Shown: positions 47,378 to 57,921 of the stretch, one piece after another
Layout of the letters: each line of letters opens with the position of its first letter
How positions within the stretch are numbered: the first letter of the stretch is position 1
Assembly: GCA_965215515.1 (NCBI GenBank)
Contig: OZ244057.1
Location: 1,760,001-1,824,000 of the forward strand
Direction of reading: 5' to 3'
DNA: 64,000 bases
From: Oligoflexales bacterium
GTDB lineage: Bacteria; Bdellovibrionota_B; Oligoflexia; Oligoflexales; JAPPIL01
Made by a program: the position numbers and the translations under genes
Notes under the pieces: generated by a model
What the model was told of the DNA's origin: nothing
Seen by the model: only the letters and a program-made list of their open reading frames with translations
The model's database searches: none

Positions 47378-50122
47378 TCAGCGCAATAACTCAATGAGTT
47401 CTTGGCGGGTGAGGTTTTTGAAAATTTCTTCGTCTTTCTCAAGATATTTTTCAAACAAATCCTGTTTCCTGCGGATGAGGCGGTCGATTTTTTCTTCGAA
47501 AGTATCCTTAGTAATCAGTTTGAAAACTTGCACGTTTTTGTTTTGACCGATACGATGCACACGATCGGTCGCTTGGTTTTCCTTGCTAGCATTCCACCAG
47601 CGGTCATAGTGAATAACAATCGAAGCGGCAGTGAGGTCGATCCCAATACCACCTGTCAATAGCGTGGCAACAAACACATGCGTGTCGTTATCTTCCTGAA
47701 ACTGGGTGATTAACTTCCCACGTTGGCGACTCGCACCCGTAAGAGAAACAAATTTTATTTTCTGTTGATTGAGATAAGCACTGATAATATCCACCATCTT
47801 CAGATACTGTGTGTAGATGACTATTTTTTGATTTGACTCCAAACCCTCGAAAATCAATTCTTTTAGCAACTCAAACTTGCCACTCTCATGTTTATCAAAT
47901 TCTAAACCATCTAGCACCAGTAACGGATGATTGCAAATCTGTTTCAGTAAATTCAAAATAGCAAAGATATGCACTACAGGAACATCGCTTACCCCCTGCT
48001 CCAACTGCTCCGACAAGGGACGTGCTTTGAAATCAATGACGCTTTGGTAGAGTTTCTTCTGTAGCGATGATAGCGTGCATGTCCTGAAATCGATAATCTT
48101 GTCAGGTAAATCAGGCAACACCGCCTCTTTCGTGCGGCGCAACTTGAACGGATGAATGAGGCGTTTCAACACCATCTCATCGCCAGGGCCGCCGTTAGTT
48201 TTGAGTGGACGTAAAATGTTCTTGTTGAAAAAACGATCCGAGCCAAGATAACCAGGTAAAAGAAAATCAAAAATTGACTTTAACTCACGTAGGTCATTTT
48301 CAAACGGGGTGCCCGACAAACAAATACGCATGGCATTTGGCAAACGACACGCGGCACGATAGGTGCTTGTGCTGCTGTTTTTGACATAATGTGCCTCGTC
48401 CAATACCACCACATCCCAATGGCTCTTTTGGAGTTCAAACACATCACGCTGTAACACACCATAACTGGTGATTGTCGTGACATTGCCGCGCATCACACGT
48501 GGCAACGACAGAGCACGCGCCTGCCCGTGATAAATCATGGGATGCAACGAAGGAGCAAAGTCGCTGACCTTTTCCTGCCAATGCGTCAACACCGTTGTGG
48601 GACAGACGACGAGGAAACGAAAATTTCGTTTCTCACTCTGAATCGCCGCCAACAACGCCATCGTTTGATGCGTCTTCCCCAAACCCATCTCATCGGCTAA
48701 CAAGCCGTGCAACCGATTGCGATACAACCACCACAACCACTTGAAGCCAAAGTGCTGATACGTGCGTAGCTGCAAGTCAGTGTGCGCCAACGATGGCGGT
48801 GCAAGCATATCATCGAAAACAGTGCGGGCACTCAAACGTCCCAGCAGTTTCTTCGAACCGACAAAGGCATCATAGTCCCCGAGCGCCGCCCGCAAACGAT
48901 GAACGTCAAGTGCCGAAGCGACGATCAACTCTCCTGTACTATCCATCTGCCAGTCAATTTCAGTCAACAAGGCAGGCACTTTGAACCAATGCTTGTCGTG
49001 TGTCTTCAGATAACGGCGCTTTTTATTGCTGGTAAGCAACTTGGTCAGCGGAATAGCCGTTTTGCCATCGTGATAACTCAAGGACAGATGGAAAGCGCCA
49101 CCCTGCACCGCCTTGACCTCAATACGAGTTTGCTTGTGATCTGCAACGATCTTCTCACCCCGCAACTCCCGCGCGACAAAAAGATGCGAACAACTGCGCA
49201 ACTCTTCAAAGTCGCTCTGGATCAAAGCCGCAGCTTGATCCCCGAGATAACGTTTCGTAGAAGGCAACTCTCCCCACGAGCTGTCTTTCGCCACCGCCAC
49301 ATAGCCACAACCCGACAGAAAAAGATACTTCGTGCCTAGCCTTGCTTCCATCTGAGCCGCGACGAGATAATCGATGGTTGTCGCTTCTTCCTCCCCCTGA
49401 CGATACACCGTTGCGCGCCGCAACGCAGGGGTGGTACGGGCAGGAAGCTCGCAACCCTGCGCCACATTCAATACCAACACCCGTTGCCAAAACAACGATT
49501 CGTGGGCATCCTGGCAAAGATAGATAGCACGCGTGGCAGTATACTCGTGACACGTGCTAGCCCGCACGCCCTCCGTGCTGCTGGCAAACTCCGCGGCCTG
49601 GTCAATGTCAAGATCATAAGTCGTAGTCTTGCCTTTCTTGATTTCGACATCGATCGTCATACGCCCGTCATTATGCAAACGAGTTTGCAAAATCGAACCG
49701 CGCAAGTGCGACAATACCGAACGCTGCACCGACACCGCAGCCTTGCGCACCCGCTTGCTCACCGACCCCGTGGGACGAATCAGCATCTCCAAGTCTAAAT
49801 CTTGCACAATACGATGTTTCTCACGATCAAGATGAAAAATCACCGCAATGATATGACGACAGAAGTGTCCCCGCATTCTGTTTTCGGCACAGGTACACTC
49901 CAACCACTGAATGAAACGCCGACTGGCATGCATCTTGATGCGCACCTCGAATTCTTGAAACTGCCCGTCGTCACGCACCCTACCGACAACAAGTGACTCG
50001 ACCGTCGCTAAATGCGAAATCGCACCCGCTTGGTACAACTCCAACCCCGTCTGCCAATCCAAATCAGAGGTAAACTGGTAGAAATGGTTGATTAACTCAG
50101 TATCAGCCGATACCGCCGACAT
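47378..50122 (-). CDS. SWIM zinc finger + SNF2 helicase/ATPase
   Basis: CTC...CRH; LADEMGLGKT; DEAH; SGTPFEN; QATDRVHRIGQ. Confidence 0.93.
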   Translation of the reverse strand: MSAVSADTELINHFYQFTSDLDWQTGLELYQAGAISHLATVESLVVGRVRDDGQFQEFEVRIKMHASRRFIQWLECTCAENRMRGHFCRHIIAVIFHLDREKHRIVQDLDLEMLIRPTGSVSKRVRKAAVSVQRSVLSHLRGSILQTRLHNDGRMTIDVEIKKGKTTTYDLDIDQAAEFASSTEGVRASTCHEYTATRAIYLCQDAHESLFWQRVLVLNVAQGCELPARTTPALRRATVYRQGEEEATTIDYLVAAQMEARLGTKYLFLSGCGYVAVAKDSSWGELPSTKRYLGDQAAALIQSDFEELRSCSHLFVARELRGEKIVADHKQTRIEVKAVQGGAFHLSLSYHDGKTAIPLTKLLTSNKKRRYLKTHDKHWFKVPALLTEIDWQMDSTGELIVASALDVHRLRAALGDYDAFVGSKKLLGRLSARTVFDDMLAPPSLAHTDLQLRTYQHFGFKWLWWLYRNRLHGLLADEMGLGKTHQTMALLAAIQSEKRNFRFLVVCPTTVLTHWQEKVSDFAPSLHPMIYHGQARALSLPRVMRGNVTTITSYGVLQRDVFELQKSHWDVVVLDEAHYVKNSSTSTYRAACRLPNAMRICLSGTPFENDLRELKSIFDFLLPGYLGSDRFFNKNILRPLKTNGGPGDEMVLKRLIHPFKLRRTKEAVLPDLPDKIIDFRTCTLSSLQKKLYQSVIDFKARPLSEQLEQGVSDVPVVHIFAILNLLKQICNHPLLVLDGLEFDKHESGKFELLKELIFEGLESNQKIVIYTQYLKMVDIISAYLNQQKIKFVSLTGASRQRGKLITQFQEDNDTHVFVATLLTGGIGIDLTAASIVIHYDRWWNASKENQATDRVHRIGQNKNVQVFKLITKDTFEEKIDRLIRRKQDLFEKYLEKDEEIFKNLTRQELIELLR

Positions 50123-50208
50123 ACGTATGTTCCATCGTTGGATTCAGAGTTATATTATGCCACAACTTTTCGACGTTGACAGCAGTTATCTGTCGAACTG
50201 CCACCCAC

Positions 50209-52011
50209 CTAGTGTTGGTCGATTTTCAAAACAGCCAGAAACGCCTGCTGCGGAATCTCTACCTTGCCAATCTGTTTCATTTTTTTCTTGCCTTCCTTCT
50301 GTTTCTCCAACAGCTTGCGCTTGCGGGTGATATCCCCCCCGTAACACTTGGCAGTCACATCTTTGCGCAGTGCCTGAATCGTCTCCCGCGCAATGATTTT
50401 CGCCCCGATCGCCGCCTGCAAGGGAATTTTAAACATCTGTCGCGGCAGCAGATCTTTGAGTTTTTTGCACAATCCCCTTCCCCGTGCGAAGGCATGACTG
50501 CGGTGCACAATACACGACAAAGCATCGACCACTTCGCCGTTGACAACGATGTCCATCTTCACCAAATCGCCGCGGCGATAATCACATAACTGATAGTCCA
50601 TCGAAGCATAACCGCGTGAAATGCTCTTCAAACGGTCGTGAAAATCAAAAATCATTTCGTTCATCGGAATATCATAGACCAAGCGCACCCTTTTGCTCTT
50701 CGTATACTGCAGGTCTTGTTGCAGGCCGCGGCGTTCGGTCAGCAGAGCTAATACCGCACCGATATAGCTGTCAGGAGTGTGCACCTGCAAAGTCACGTAG
50801 GGTTCTTCGATCCTGTCGATCGTCGCGACATCAGGCATGTGTGCGGGGTTTTCAATCTGTACCATCTCGCCGTGGCGTAGATAAACCCTATACAACACCG
50901 ACGGGGCGGTAAAAATAAGTGCCAGGCCATACTCACGCTCAAGTCTGGCTTGAGCGATTTCCAGATGCAGCAAGCCCAGAAAACCCACCCGAAAACCCAA
51001 CCCTAACGCTGAAGAACTGTCTTTCTCAATGGTTATGCTTGCATCGTTGAGTTGCAGTTTTGCCAAAGACTCACGTAACAGATGGTAGTCATTAGCATCG
51101 ACGGGAAAAATGCCCCCAAAGACCATCTGTACCGCCCGCACGAAACCAGGCAAAGCCTCCGTCGCGGGACGCACCGCATCGGTTACCGTGTCGCCCACCT
51201 CAGTGTCGGCGATGTTCTTGATCGCTCCGCTAAGACAACCGACCTCGCCCGTCCCAAACTCCTCGACAGCCACCGCCTTGGGAGTCAAGCGGTTGAGTTT
51301 CAACACCTCGAACTTCTTACCGCTCGCCATCATCATGATGCGTTGCCCGCGTTGTAGTTTGCCTGACTCGACCCGCAGCAACGACACTGCACCGAGAAAA
51401 GGATCGAACCAACTGTCGAAAATCAATGCCCGCAGAGGTTCGGTACTATTGTCCCGCGGCGGAGCAATGCTACGCACAATCATCCGCAACAACTCTGCCA
51501 CTCCCGCACCTGTCTTGGCACTGACCAGCACCGCATCCTCCGCTTCGATGGCCAACTCGTCCTCGATTTCTCGCCGCACCCGTGCCGCGTCGGCACTAGG
51601 CAAATCTATTTTGTTGATGACAGGCAGTAGATTCAAGTTGAGATGCATCGCCATTTCAACGTTAGCCACCGTCTGTGCCTCAACCCCCTGGGTGGCATCG
51701 ACCACTACCAACGCTCCTTCACAGGCGGCGAGACTGCGCGAGACCTCGTAGCTGAAATCCACATGCCCTGGGGTGTCGATCAAGTTCAACAGATACTCAT
51801 GCCCCGCGTGTCGGTAGCACATCGAAGCCGTCTGTGCCTTGATGGTGATACCACGCTCACGTTCCAGCTCCATACTGTCGAGCACCTGCGCTTTCATCTC
51901 CCGATCCGACAGACTGCCCGTCTCCTCCAGCAAACGGTCGGCCAACGTCGATTTGCCGTGATCGATGTGAGCGATTATGGAAAAATTTCTAATATATTTA
52001 GGATGGTACAT
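50209..52011 (-). CDS. lepA: Elongation factor 4 (LepA)
   Basis: [35 protein letters not shown]. Confidence 0.98.
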   Translation of the reverse strand: MYHPKYIRNFSIIAHIDHGKSTLADRLLEETGSLSDREMKAQVLDSMELERERGITIKAQTASMCYRHAGHEYLLNLIDTPGHVDFSYEVSRSLAACEGALVVVDATQGVEAQTVANVEMAMHLNLNLLPVINKIDLPSADAARVRREIEDELAIEAEDAVLVSAKTGAGVAELLRMIVRSIAPPRDNSTEPLRALIFDSWFDPFLGAVSLLRVESGKLQRGQRIMMMASGKKFEVLKLNRLTPKAVAVEEFGTGEVGCLSGAIKNIADTEVGDTVTDAVRPATEALPGFVRAVQMVFGGIFPVDANDYHLLRESLAKLQLNDASITIEKDSSSALGLGFRVGFLGLLHLEIAQARLEREYGLALIFTAPSVLYRVYLRHGEMVQIENPAHMPDVATIDRIEEPYVTLQVHTPDSYIGAVLALLTERRGLQQDLQYTKSKRVRLVYDIPMNEMIFDFHDRLKSISRGYASMDYQLCDYRRGDLVKMDIVVNGEVVDALSCIVHRSHAFARGRGLCKKLKDLLPRQMFKIPLQAAIGAKIIARETIQALRKDVTAKCYGGDITRKRKLLEKQKEGKKKMKQIGKVEIPQQAFLAVLKIDQH

Positions 52012-52090
52012 TGAACAGGTAAAAACATAAAGCTTGCAGACTGGCAACAGCGTAGCAAAATCTGCCGCGTATTTCAAGTTGCAGCTTCCC

Positions 52091-53536
52091 TCAAGACAAT
52101 GCCGTAGCCAGCAGACGTGCCTGCCTGTCGCCACCCGCGAGACTATAGGCATCGTAGCCGAATTCCTGCATCCGCTCGGCAACCGCGACACTCAACAAAC
52201 CCGCCTCGCAGTAGACGATGTAGGTCGGCTCGGCAGGCAGGGTGCGGCAAGAAAGCAGCAGCTGGTTGAATTCGTGATGCCGCGCCGCAGGGTAGTGCCA
52301 CCGCTCGTAATCTCGTTTAGAACGACAATCGATGACCACAGCGGTGGAGGGAATGTCGGCACGGCGCAGATGTGTGCTCGTTGCGTGCAATGCGGCAACA
52401 CGATGCACAGGCACGATATGTGCTTGTGCGGCCGCCTCCCGCAGCAGTTGCAGATCGAGTTTTTGTTCTTCAGCTGCGGCACGTTCACCGCTCATGGCGG
52501 TGGCAGGACGTGCCTGGTTGAGTTGGCAGTACTCCCGCACGTGAGCGCTGTGCGCACGGGTGTTTATCTTGGTAGCGAGGGCGATGATCTGCTCCTTGTG
52601 GTAGCCGAGTAGCGGACGCAGCACGGGCAAAGAACAAGCTGGATCGATGGCGGCAAGATTACTGAGCGTTTGCGAGGAGACCTGACCGAGCACCTCACCC
52701 GTGACGATTGCCTGCGCCTGGCGGTGCGTGGCAACGTGCGCAGCGCTGCGGTAGAAAAGACGCTTCAACAACACCTGCTGATAGCGCGGGGCGATTTTGT
52801 GCCGCAAATCAGCGAGCACGGCAGTAAAATCGAGGCAAAAAACCCGTGGCAGATCACCATAACCGCAATTCTGGCACAGCGCTGCAACCACCCGTAAGAC
52901 GCTCAGCTCATGTGCTTTCCCGCCATGGAGGTTGCAAAAAACAAAATCGAGACTCAAACCGCGATTATACATCAGGAAGGATGCCACCGCCGAATCAAAA
53001 CCTCCCGAAATCAAACTGATCGCTCGTCCCCCCGTACCGATCGGCAAACCACTCTGTGCGGTAACAGTGCGGGTAAAAAACAAAGCACACCGCTCCCGTA
53101 TCTCGATATTGACAGTGATATCGGGGTTGTTCAGATCAACTCGTGCCGCGTAAGGTAACAGCGCCGTGCCCACCTCACGGCTGATCTGTGCCGAACTAAA
53201 GGCGTGGGCAGAGCGGCGTTTGGCACGTATCGCAAAACTGTGCCCCACCACACGGGTGCGATAAAATGCGCAGGCATGGGCGACGATAGTCGTGGCTACG
53301 GGGGCGCAGGAAGTGTCGATAGGAGAGTACGAGGCAATGCCCGCCACGTTCTGGAGCGGCGCGAGAGCTTGCTCATCGTCAAGTTCGAGAAAAAACCTGC
53401 TCCACTCATCACGCAACTGGTACGCAGTGCCACGCAATGCCGCGGCGATGTTTCTTTTCAGTTTTTGCTGAAAACGAGCCCGTACCCGCGTCGATTTCAA
53501 CGTGACTTCCGCGCCAATGCGAATCAGAACCAGCAT
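52091..53536 (-). CDS. thiI: tRNA 4-thiouridine synthase with THUMP and rhodanese domains
   Basis: SGGFDS PP-loop, [17 protein letters not shown]-terminal YCEAG. Confidence 0.93.
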   Translation of the reverse strand: MLVLIRIGAEVTLKSTRVRARFQQKLKRNIAAALRGTAYQLRDEWSRFFLELDDEQALAPLQNVAGIASYSPIDTSCAPVATTIVAHACAFYRTRVVGHSFAIRAKRRSAHAFSSAQISREVGTALLPYAARVDLNNPDITVNIEIRERCALFFTRTVTAQSGLPIGTGGRAISLISGGFDSAVASFLMYNRGLSLDFVFCNLHGGKAHELSVLRVVAALCQNCGYGDLPRVFCLDFTAVLADLRHKIAPRYQQVLLKRLFYRSAAHVATHRQAQAIVTGEVLGQVSSQTLSNLAAIDPACSLPVLRPLLGYHKEQIIALATKINTRAHSAHVREYCQLNQARPATAMSGERAAAEEQKLDLQLLREAAAQAHIVPVHRVAALHATSTHLRRADIPSTAVVIDCRSKRDYERWHYPAARHHEFNQLLLSCRTLPAEPTYIVYCEAGLLSVAVAERMQEFGYDAYSLAGGDRQARLLATALS

Positions 53537-53668
53537 CTTCGCCCACCTATCAGAGCTCCAATGTAATAAATCGACCGTCAAAATGTCCACCCCCACCAGC
53601 AGTTATCTGTCCACAGTCGTGCAACATCTGCTATAAGGTGATGAGGGGGCTGTTGTGAGGATAGCACT

Positions 53669-54517
53669 ATGCGTAGGATAACGACCTTGAACGAAGGCGA
53701 TGGCAAAATTCTCGTGCGCTACCTGCACGCACAAGGGCTTGAGGTCGTGCTGCGCGCCGAGACACACGGGGTAGATTTTGAACTGTGGGTAGTGGACGAG
53801 GAGCATGGCGACGAGGTGCGGAGAATTCTCGCCGCCTTCCGCCAAGACCCTACCGATGCCCGCTATCGCAACGTCACACCTCGGCCCGCGACAAAAACCT
53901 CGCCCCGCAACCGCTATGTCGATGTACGGACACAGCTTTTTCATCATGCCGCACTGCGCGGAAAACTTACCGCAACGTTGATCGGCATCACCGTATGTGT
54001 CTATCTGCTGCAAGTATCGGGACTAGCCCCGCAATTTATCTCCCTGCTGTATATCTCCGAGTTTGTGCGCCCCTACTTCGTTGAGATTCAGCAAGGTCAA
54101 TTATGGCGGCTAGTTACACCCATTTTTCTACACTTCGGCATCCTGCACGTGCTCTTCAATATGCTGTGGCTGTACACGCTCGGTAATCAGATAGAGCGGC
54201 GGGGCGGACGACGACAGCTCGTGGCACTGGTGCTGGCCATTGCCGTCGCCTCTAACGTCGGACAGTATATCGTCGCTGGCCCCGCGTTCGGGGGGTTCTC
54301 TGGTGTCGTCTACGGAATGCTCGGATATGTGTGGATTATGGCACAGTTTCAGCCCGCCAGCGGTTACGTGATGGATCGTTTCACCATCGGCTTCATGCTG
54401 GTGTGGCTACTGCTCGGGCTAAGCGGTATGTTTGCGGGGATGGCTAACGCCGCGCACCTCTTCGGTCTGCTCAGCGGAGTGCTTTGGGGGTTGTACAGAA
54501 CGAGGAAAAAAGCATGA
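53669..54517 (+). CDS. glpG: Rhomboid protease GlpG
   Basis: N-terminal soluble domain; WRLVTPIFLH, HVLFN, GFSGVVYG, AHLFG. Confidence 0.88.
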   Translation: MRRITTLNEGDGKILVRYLHAQGLEVVLRAETHGVDFELWVVDEEHGDEVRRILAAFRQDPTDARYRNVTPRPATKTSPRNRYVDVRTQLFHHAALRGKLTATLIGITVCVYLLQVSGLAPQFISLLYISEFVRPYFVEIQQGQLWRLVTPIFLHFGILHVLFNMLWLYTLGNQIERRGGRRQLVALVLAIAVASNVGQYIVAGPAFGGFSGVVYGMLGYVWIMAQFQPASGYVMDRFTIGFMLVWLLLGLSGMFAGMANAAHLFGLLSGVLWGLYRTRKKA

Positions 54518-55221
54518 CGCGGGACACACTGATACTGAAACACGACAGAAAGTGGAGCTTTGGCAGAGCACAGGTAGCGAGCAACTTCGACGTGCACGTG
54601 GCAAACTCCGTGCCACTCTACCACCACAGTCACGATTTAATTTGCGCCTTTGCAGAATTTTATCTCAGCGAAGGTTCGTTGTGCTACGATCTCGGTTGTG
54701 CCACAGGTCGGCTCAGTGCTCGCCTCGCCGCCTGCCACCCACAGGTCACCATCAAGGCCATCGATATCGAGCCGCGCATGCTCGCACGTGCCGCGGCGAC
54801 GCATTGCCGTGCCTCAGCTAACGTCGAGTTATTGACCGCAGACATCACGCAGTTTGAGTACGTCACCGCCGATCTGATGATCGCCTGCTACACGCTACAA
54901 TTTGTCAAACCGCGTCTGCGTCCTGCCCTGCTGCACAAAATTTATCGTAACCTGCAGCCTGGCGGGACACTGCTACTGTTCGAAAAAGTTATCGCCGCCG
55001 ATGCCGCCCTACAGGAGATGACCGCCCTTATCCACACCAACTTCAAGCTGGCACACGGCTGTCAACCCGAACAGGTAATCGCCAAAGCCAACAGTTTGCG
55101 CGGTGTACAGCAACCGCTGACTGCCGCGGCCAACAGAAAAATGCTGCGTGCGGCAGGTTTTTCACGCGTCTTTACGGTAATGAAGTACCTATGCTTCGAG
55201 GGTTATCTGGCTAGCAAGTAA
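54514..55221 (+). CDS. CmoA-like class I SAM-dependent methyltransferase
   Basis: FDVHVANSVPLY, YDLGCATG, YTLQF, LFEK. Confidence 0.8.
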   Translation: MTRDTLILKHDRKWSFGRAQVASNFDVHVANSVPLYHHSHDLICAFAEFYLSEGSLCYDLGCATGRLSARLAACHPQVTIKAIDIEPRMLARAAATHCRASANVELLTADITQFEYVTADLMIACYTLQFVKPRLRPALLHKIYRNLQPGGTLLLFEKVIAADAALQEMTALIHTNFKLAHGCQPEQVIAKANSLRGVQQPLTAAANRKMLRAAGFSRVFTVMKYLCFEGYLASK

Positions 55222-55296
55222 GAGACGGTGACAGGGCAAGGAGATATTGCTTTCGTGCTGCACGGCGGCTATGCTCGCCGTCTCAGGAGAGAGAAG

Positions 55297-56244
55297 ATGC
55301 CCACACCTCCACCGTCACAACCCGCACTCGCTGCCTTCGGTATTTCCAAAAAGTTTGCTGACCTGCAGGCGGTCAACAAGGTCGACCTCAAGCTAGCCCA
55401 AGGGCAGTGTTTTGCTTTACTGGGACGCAACGGTGCGGGCAAGACCACCATCTGTGAAATGTTGGTCGGAGTCGTCGCTCCTGACCGCGGCTGTATCGAA
55501 ATCTTCGGCCAGCCTTTTCACGCGCACGTCCCCGACAAACGTGCCATGCTGGAAAACATCGGCGTGCTCTCGCAGGAGACACAGCTCTACCAAAAATTTA
55601 CCGTACGCGAAACACTTGCCCTGTTCGCTAGCTTCTATGCACGTAGCCTCGCAGTCACAACGGTGTTGACACTGATGGCCTTGCATGACAAGCGTGACAA
55701 GCGGCTGGAACAGCTGTCGGGGGGAGAACGGCAACGTGCTTATCTCGGTGCAGCACTGGTCGGCAATCCCGATCTGCTGTTTCTCGACGAACCGACAACA
55801 GGGCTCGATCCGTTGTCGCGCAAAAATGTTTGGGAAATTATCGAGGATTTGAAACGACGCGGGAAAAGTATCTTTCTGACCACGCACTACATGGAGGAAG
55901 CGGCACAGCTGGCAGATGAGATCGCCATCATCGAACGAGGGGAGATAGTTGCACACGGCGAGCCGCGGCAGTTGATTAAGCGTTACTGCGAGGAAGATGT
56001 CATCAGCGTGCAGCTTGACAGATCTCTGCCGTTGGACGATGTGCAAGCTTTGCAACCCCGTTTTCCCCTCGCACGAGAACTTAAACCGCAGCACTACGAA
56101 TTGAAAACATCAGAGACTTTCAAGGCAATCAAGTATTTGATCACCCTCTGCGACCAGCTCGGTATCGTCATTCAGGCGATGGAATTCAGGAAGAGTACGT
56201 TGGAGGATGTCTTTTTTCAGTTGACAGGCAAGAAACTACCATGA
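55297..56244 (+). CDS. ABC-2 exporter ATP-binding protein
   Basis: GRNGAGKTT, LSGGERQ, FLDEPTTGLD, TTHYMEEA, TLEDVF. Confidence 0.93.
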   Translation: MPTPPPSQPALAAFGISKKFADLQAVNKVDLKLAQGQCFALLGRNGAGKTTICEMLVGVVAPDRGCIEIFGQPFHAHVPDKRAMLENIGVLSQETQLYQKFTVRETLALFASFYARSLAVTTVLTLMALHDKRDKRLEQLSGGERQRAYLGAALVGNPDLLFLDEPTTGLDPLSRKNVWEIIEDLKRRGKSIFLTTHYMEEAAQLADEIAIIERGEIVAHGEPRQLIKRYCEEDVISVQLDRSLPLDDVQALQPRFPLARELKPQHYELKTSETFKAIKYLITLCDQLGIVIQAMEFRKSTLEDVFFQLTGKKLP

Positions 56245-57290
56245 AGACGAACTGTCCTCGGCTGTGGTGCAGCGCTCTGCGGGAAAACGTTTTCTGCCGT
56301 TGGCGGGAATTTTTGCGCGAGCCGTCGGCAATCTTATTCGTCGTCATCATGCCACCGTTGTGGATCGCTATTCTTGGCACGATCTTCAGCTCTACCGCAG
56401 CCCCGCACTACGACATCGGTGTGGTGCGGAACAGTACTCCAGCGGTGGTGGAGACGTTGCGTGCCGATGCGGCCCTGAGATTGCGTGAGGGGGCACTGGA
56501 TGAACTCTTGCACGCCGCAAGCCAAGGCGAGGTGCTGACTATCGTGCAAGCCGCTGGCGAGCAGGTGGTTTATTACCTCGACAGCAAGAACCAGGACAGC
56601 GTAGGGGCGAAGCTTTACGTCGATAACAAGATTCAGCATTTTTTTCAGCGTCGCGATGCCGTGCCCACACTGGACAAGCCTGCCCCGCCTCGCACGCGCT
56701 ACGTTGATTTCTTCATCCCTGGCCTGCTAGCGTTCAGTATTATGAGTTCCAGCTTCTACGGCGTGGGGATGACGATCGTCTCCAATCGCCGTGAAAATTT
56801 ACTGAAACGCTACCTGGTTACACCGATGCCCCCGCTGGTCTACATTTTGTCACACATCATCGGCCGTCTGCTGGTCTTGCTGGTGGAAATCGTCATCATC
56901 GTGTTGTCTGGCATGCTGCTGTTCGATTTTGAGATCGCAGGTAATCCCCTCAGTTTCATCGCCTACGCCGTCATCGGCACGGCGACCTTCACCGCCCTCG
57001 CAACCCTATTGAGCAGTAGAGGGCGTAACATCTCCACCTGCTACAGCCTTATCAACCTGATTACCTTGCCGCTCGCCCTGTTCTCGGGTGTGTGGTTTGA
57101 CACGGCTTGGCTACCGCGTTGGCTGGCCACCATCTGCTCGTGGTTACCGCTTACCCCGTTGGCAGAGGGACTGCGAAGCATCGCCGTCGGTGGTACGAGC
57201 ATCGCCGCCCTAATACCACAACTACTGCTCATGTTTGCCTACACGGTAGCGGCAGCACTCTGCGCCAGAATGCTGTTCAAGTGGTACTGA
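56241..57290 (+). CDS. ABC-2 exporter permease
   Basis: YVDFFIPG, RENLLKRYLVTP, LPLTP. Confidence 0.9.
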   Translation: MKTNCPRLWCSALRENVFCRWREFLREPSAILFVVIMPPLWIAILGTIFSSTAAPHYDIGVVRNSTPAVVETLRADAALRLREGALDELLHAASQGEVLTIVQAAGEQVVYYLDSKNQDSVGAKLYVDNKIQHFFQRRDAVPTLDKPAPPRTRYVDFFIPGLLAFSIMSSSFYGVGMTIVSNRRENLLKRYLVTPMPPLVYILSHIIGRLLVLLVEIVIIVLSGMLLFDFEIAGNPLSFIAYAVIGTATFTALATLLSSRGRNISTCYSLINLITLPLALFSGVWFDTAWLPRWLATICSWLPLTPLAEGLRSIAVGGTSIAALIPQLLLMFAYTVAAALCARMLFKWY

Positions 57291-57898
57291 TAGGTAACCA
57301 CGCCACGTCGTTTGTCAACGCCTACACCCAAGGCCTGCTCTGCCTGCACCCTACCGACACCCTGGTAGGCTTAACAAGCAATGATTACGCCGCCCTCACG
57401 GCCTACAAACAACGTCCGCCACAGCATGGTTACGTGCACCTTGCGGCTGGCTTCGAGCACGCCTGCCGCGCTTGGCAACCACTGCCTGCGTCATGGGATA
57501 AGCTCCTGCAGACAATCTGGCCTGCACCCCTGACCGTCGTCTGGCAAGCCGCCAGCCCCACACAACCAGGCACCCAAGACGGATGGCTGGCAATCCGTGT
57601 GCCACGTCTGTTCCCGCCACACAAAAAATGGTTCGCTACCTGTCTGCACACCCTGCAACTTATTCCCAGCACCAGCGTCAATACCCATCGTCACACACCG
57701 CTAACTCCCGCGGTAGCGAGCAGACAATTACAAGACGATGCACGCATACATGTGCCCGTACCGCTACAACTAACCACCAACAACACCCTTGCTACTCCCT
57801 CCACCCTCATTAAACTGCAGCACGACGGTAGCTGGCAACTGCTGCGGCGCGGTGCGTACGCCACCACCCACCTGCCCGATTGCTGCAACAACCTCTGA
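57281..57898 (+). CDS. tsaC: Sua5/YrdC/TsaC family (threonylcarbamoyl-AMP synthase-like)
   Basis: PTDTLVGL, KQRP, WPAPLT, AIRVP, STSVN, PSTLI, LRRG. Confidence 0.75.
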   Translation: MVLIGNHATSFVNAYTQGLLCLHPTDTLVGLTSNDYAALTAYKQRPPQHGYVHLAAGFEHACRAWQPLPASWDKLLQTIWPAPLTVVWQAASPTQPGTQDGWLAIRVPRLFPPHKKWFATCLHTLQLIPSTSVNTHRHTPLTPAVASRQLQDDARIHVPVPLQLTTNNTLATPSTLIKLQHDGSWQLLRRGAYATTHLPDCCNNL

Positions 57899-57921
57899 AG
57901 CAAGACCCATAGAAACACAAA

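Noticed and set aside
47378..50122. SNF2 helicase as part of an anti-phage system
   Set aside because: Standard SWIM-SNF2 architecture beside lepA, with no methylase, nuclease or other defence genes adjacent
52012..52191. N-terminal extension of LepA
   Set aside because: Overlaps the thiI end; conserved LepA sequence starts at ATG 52011
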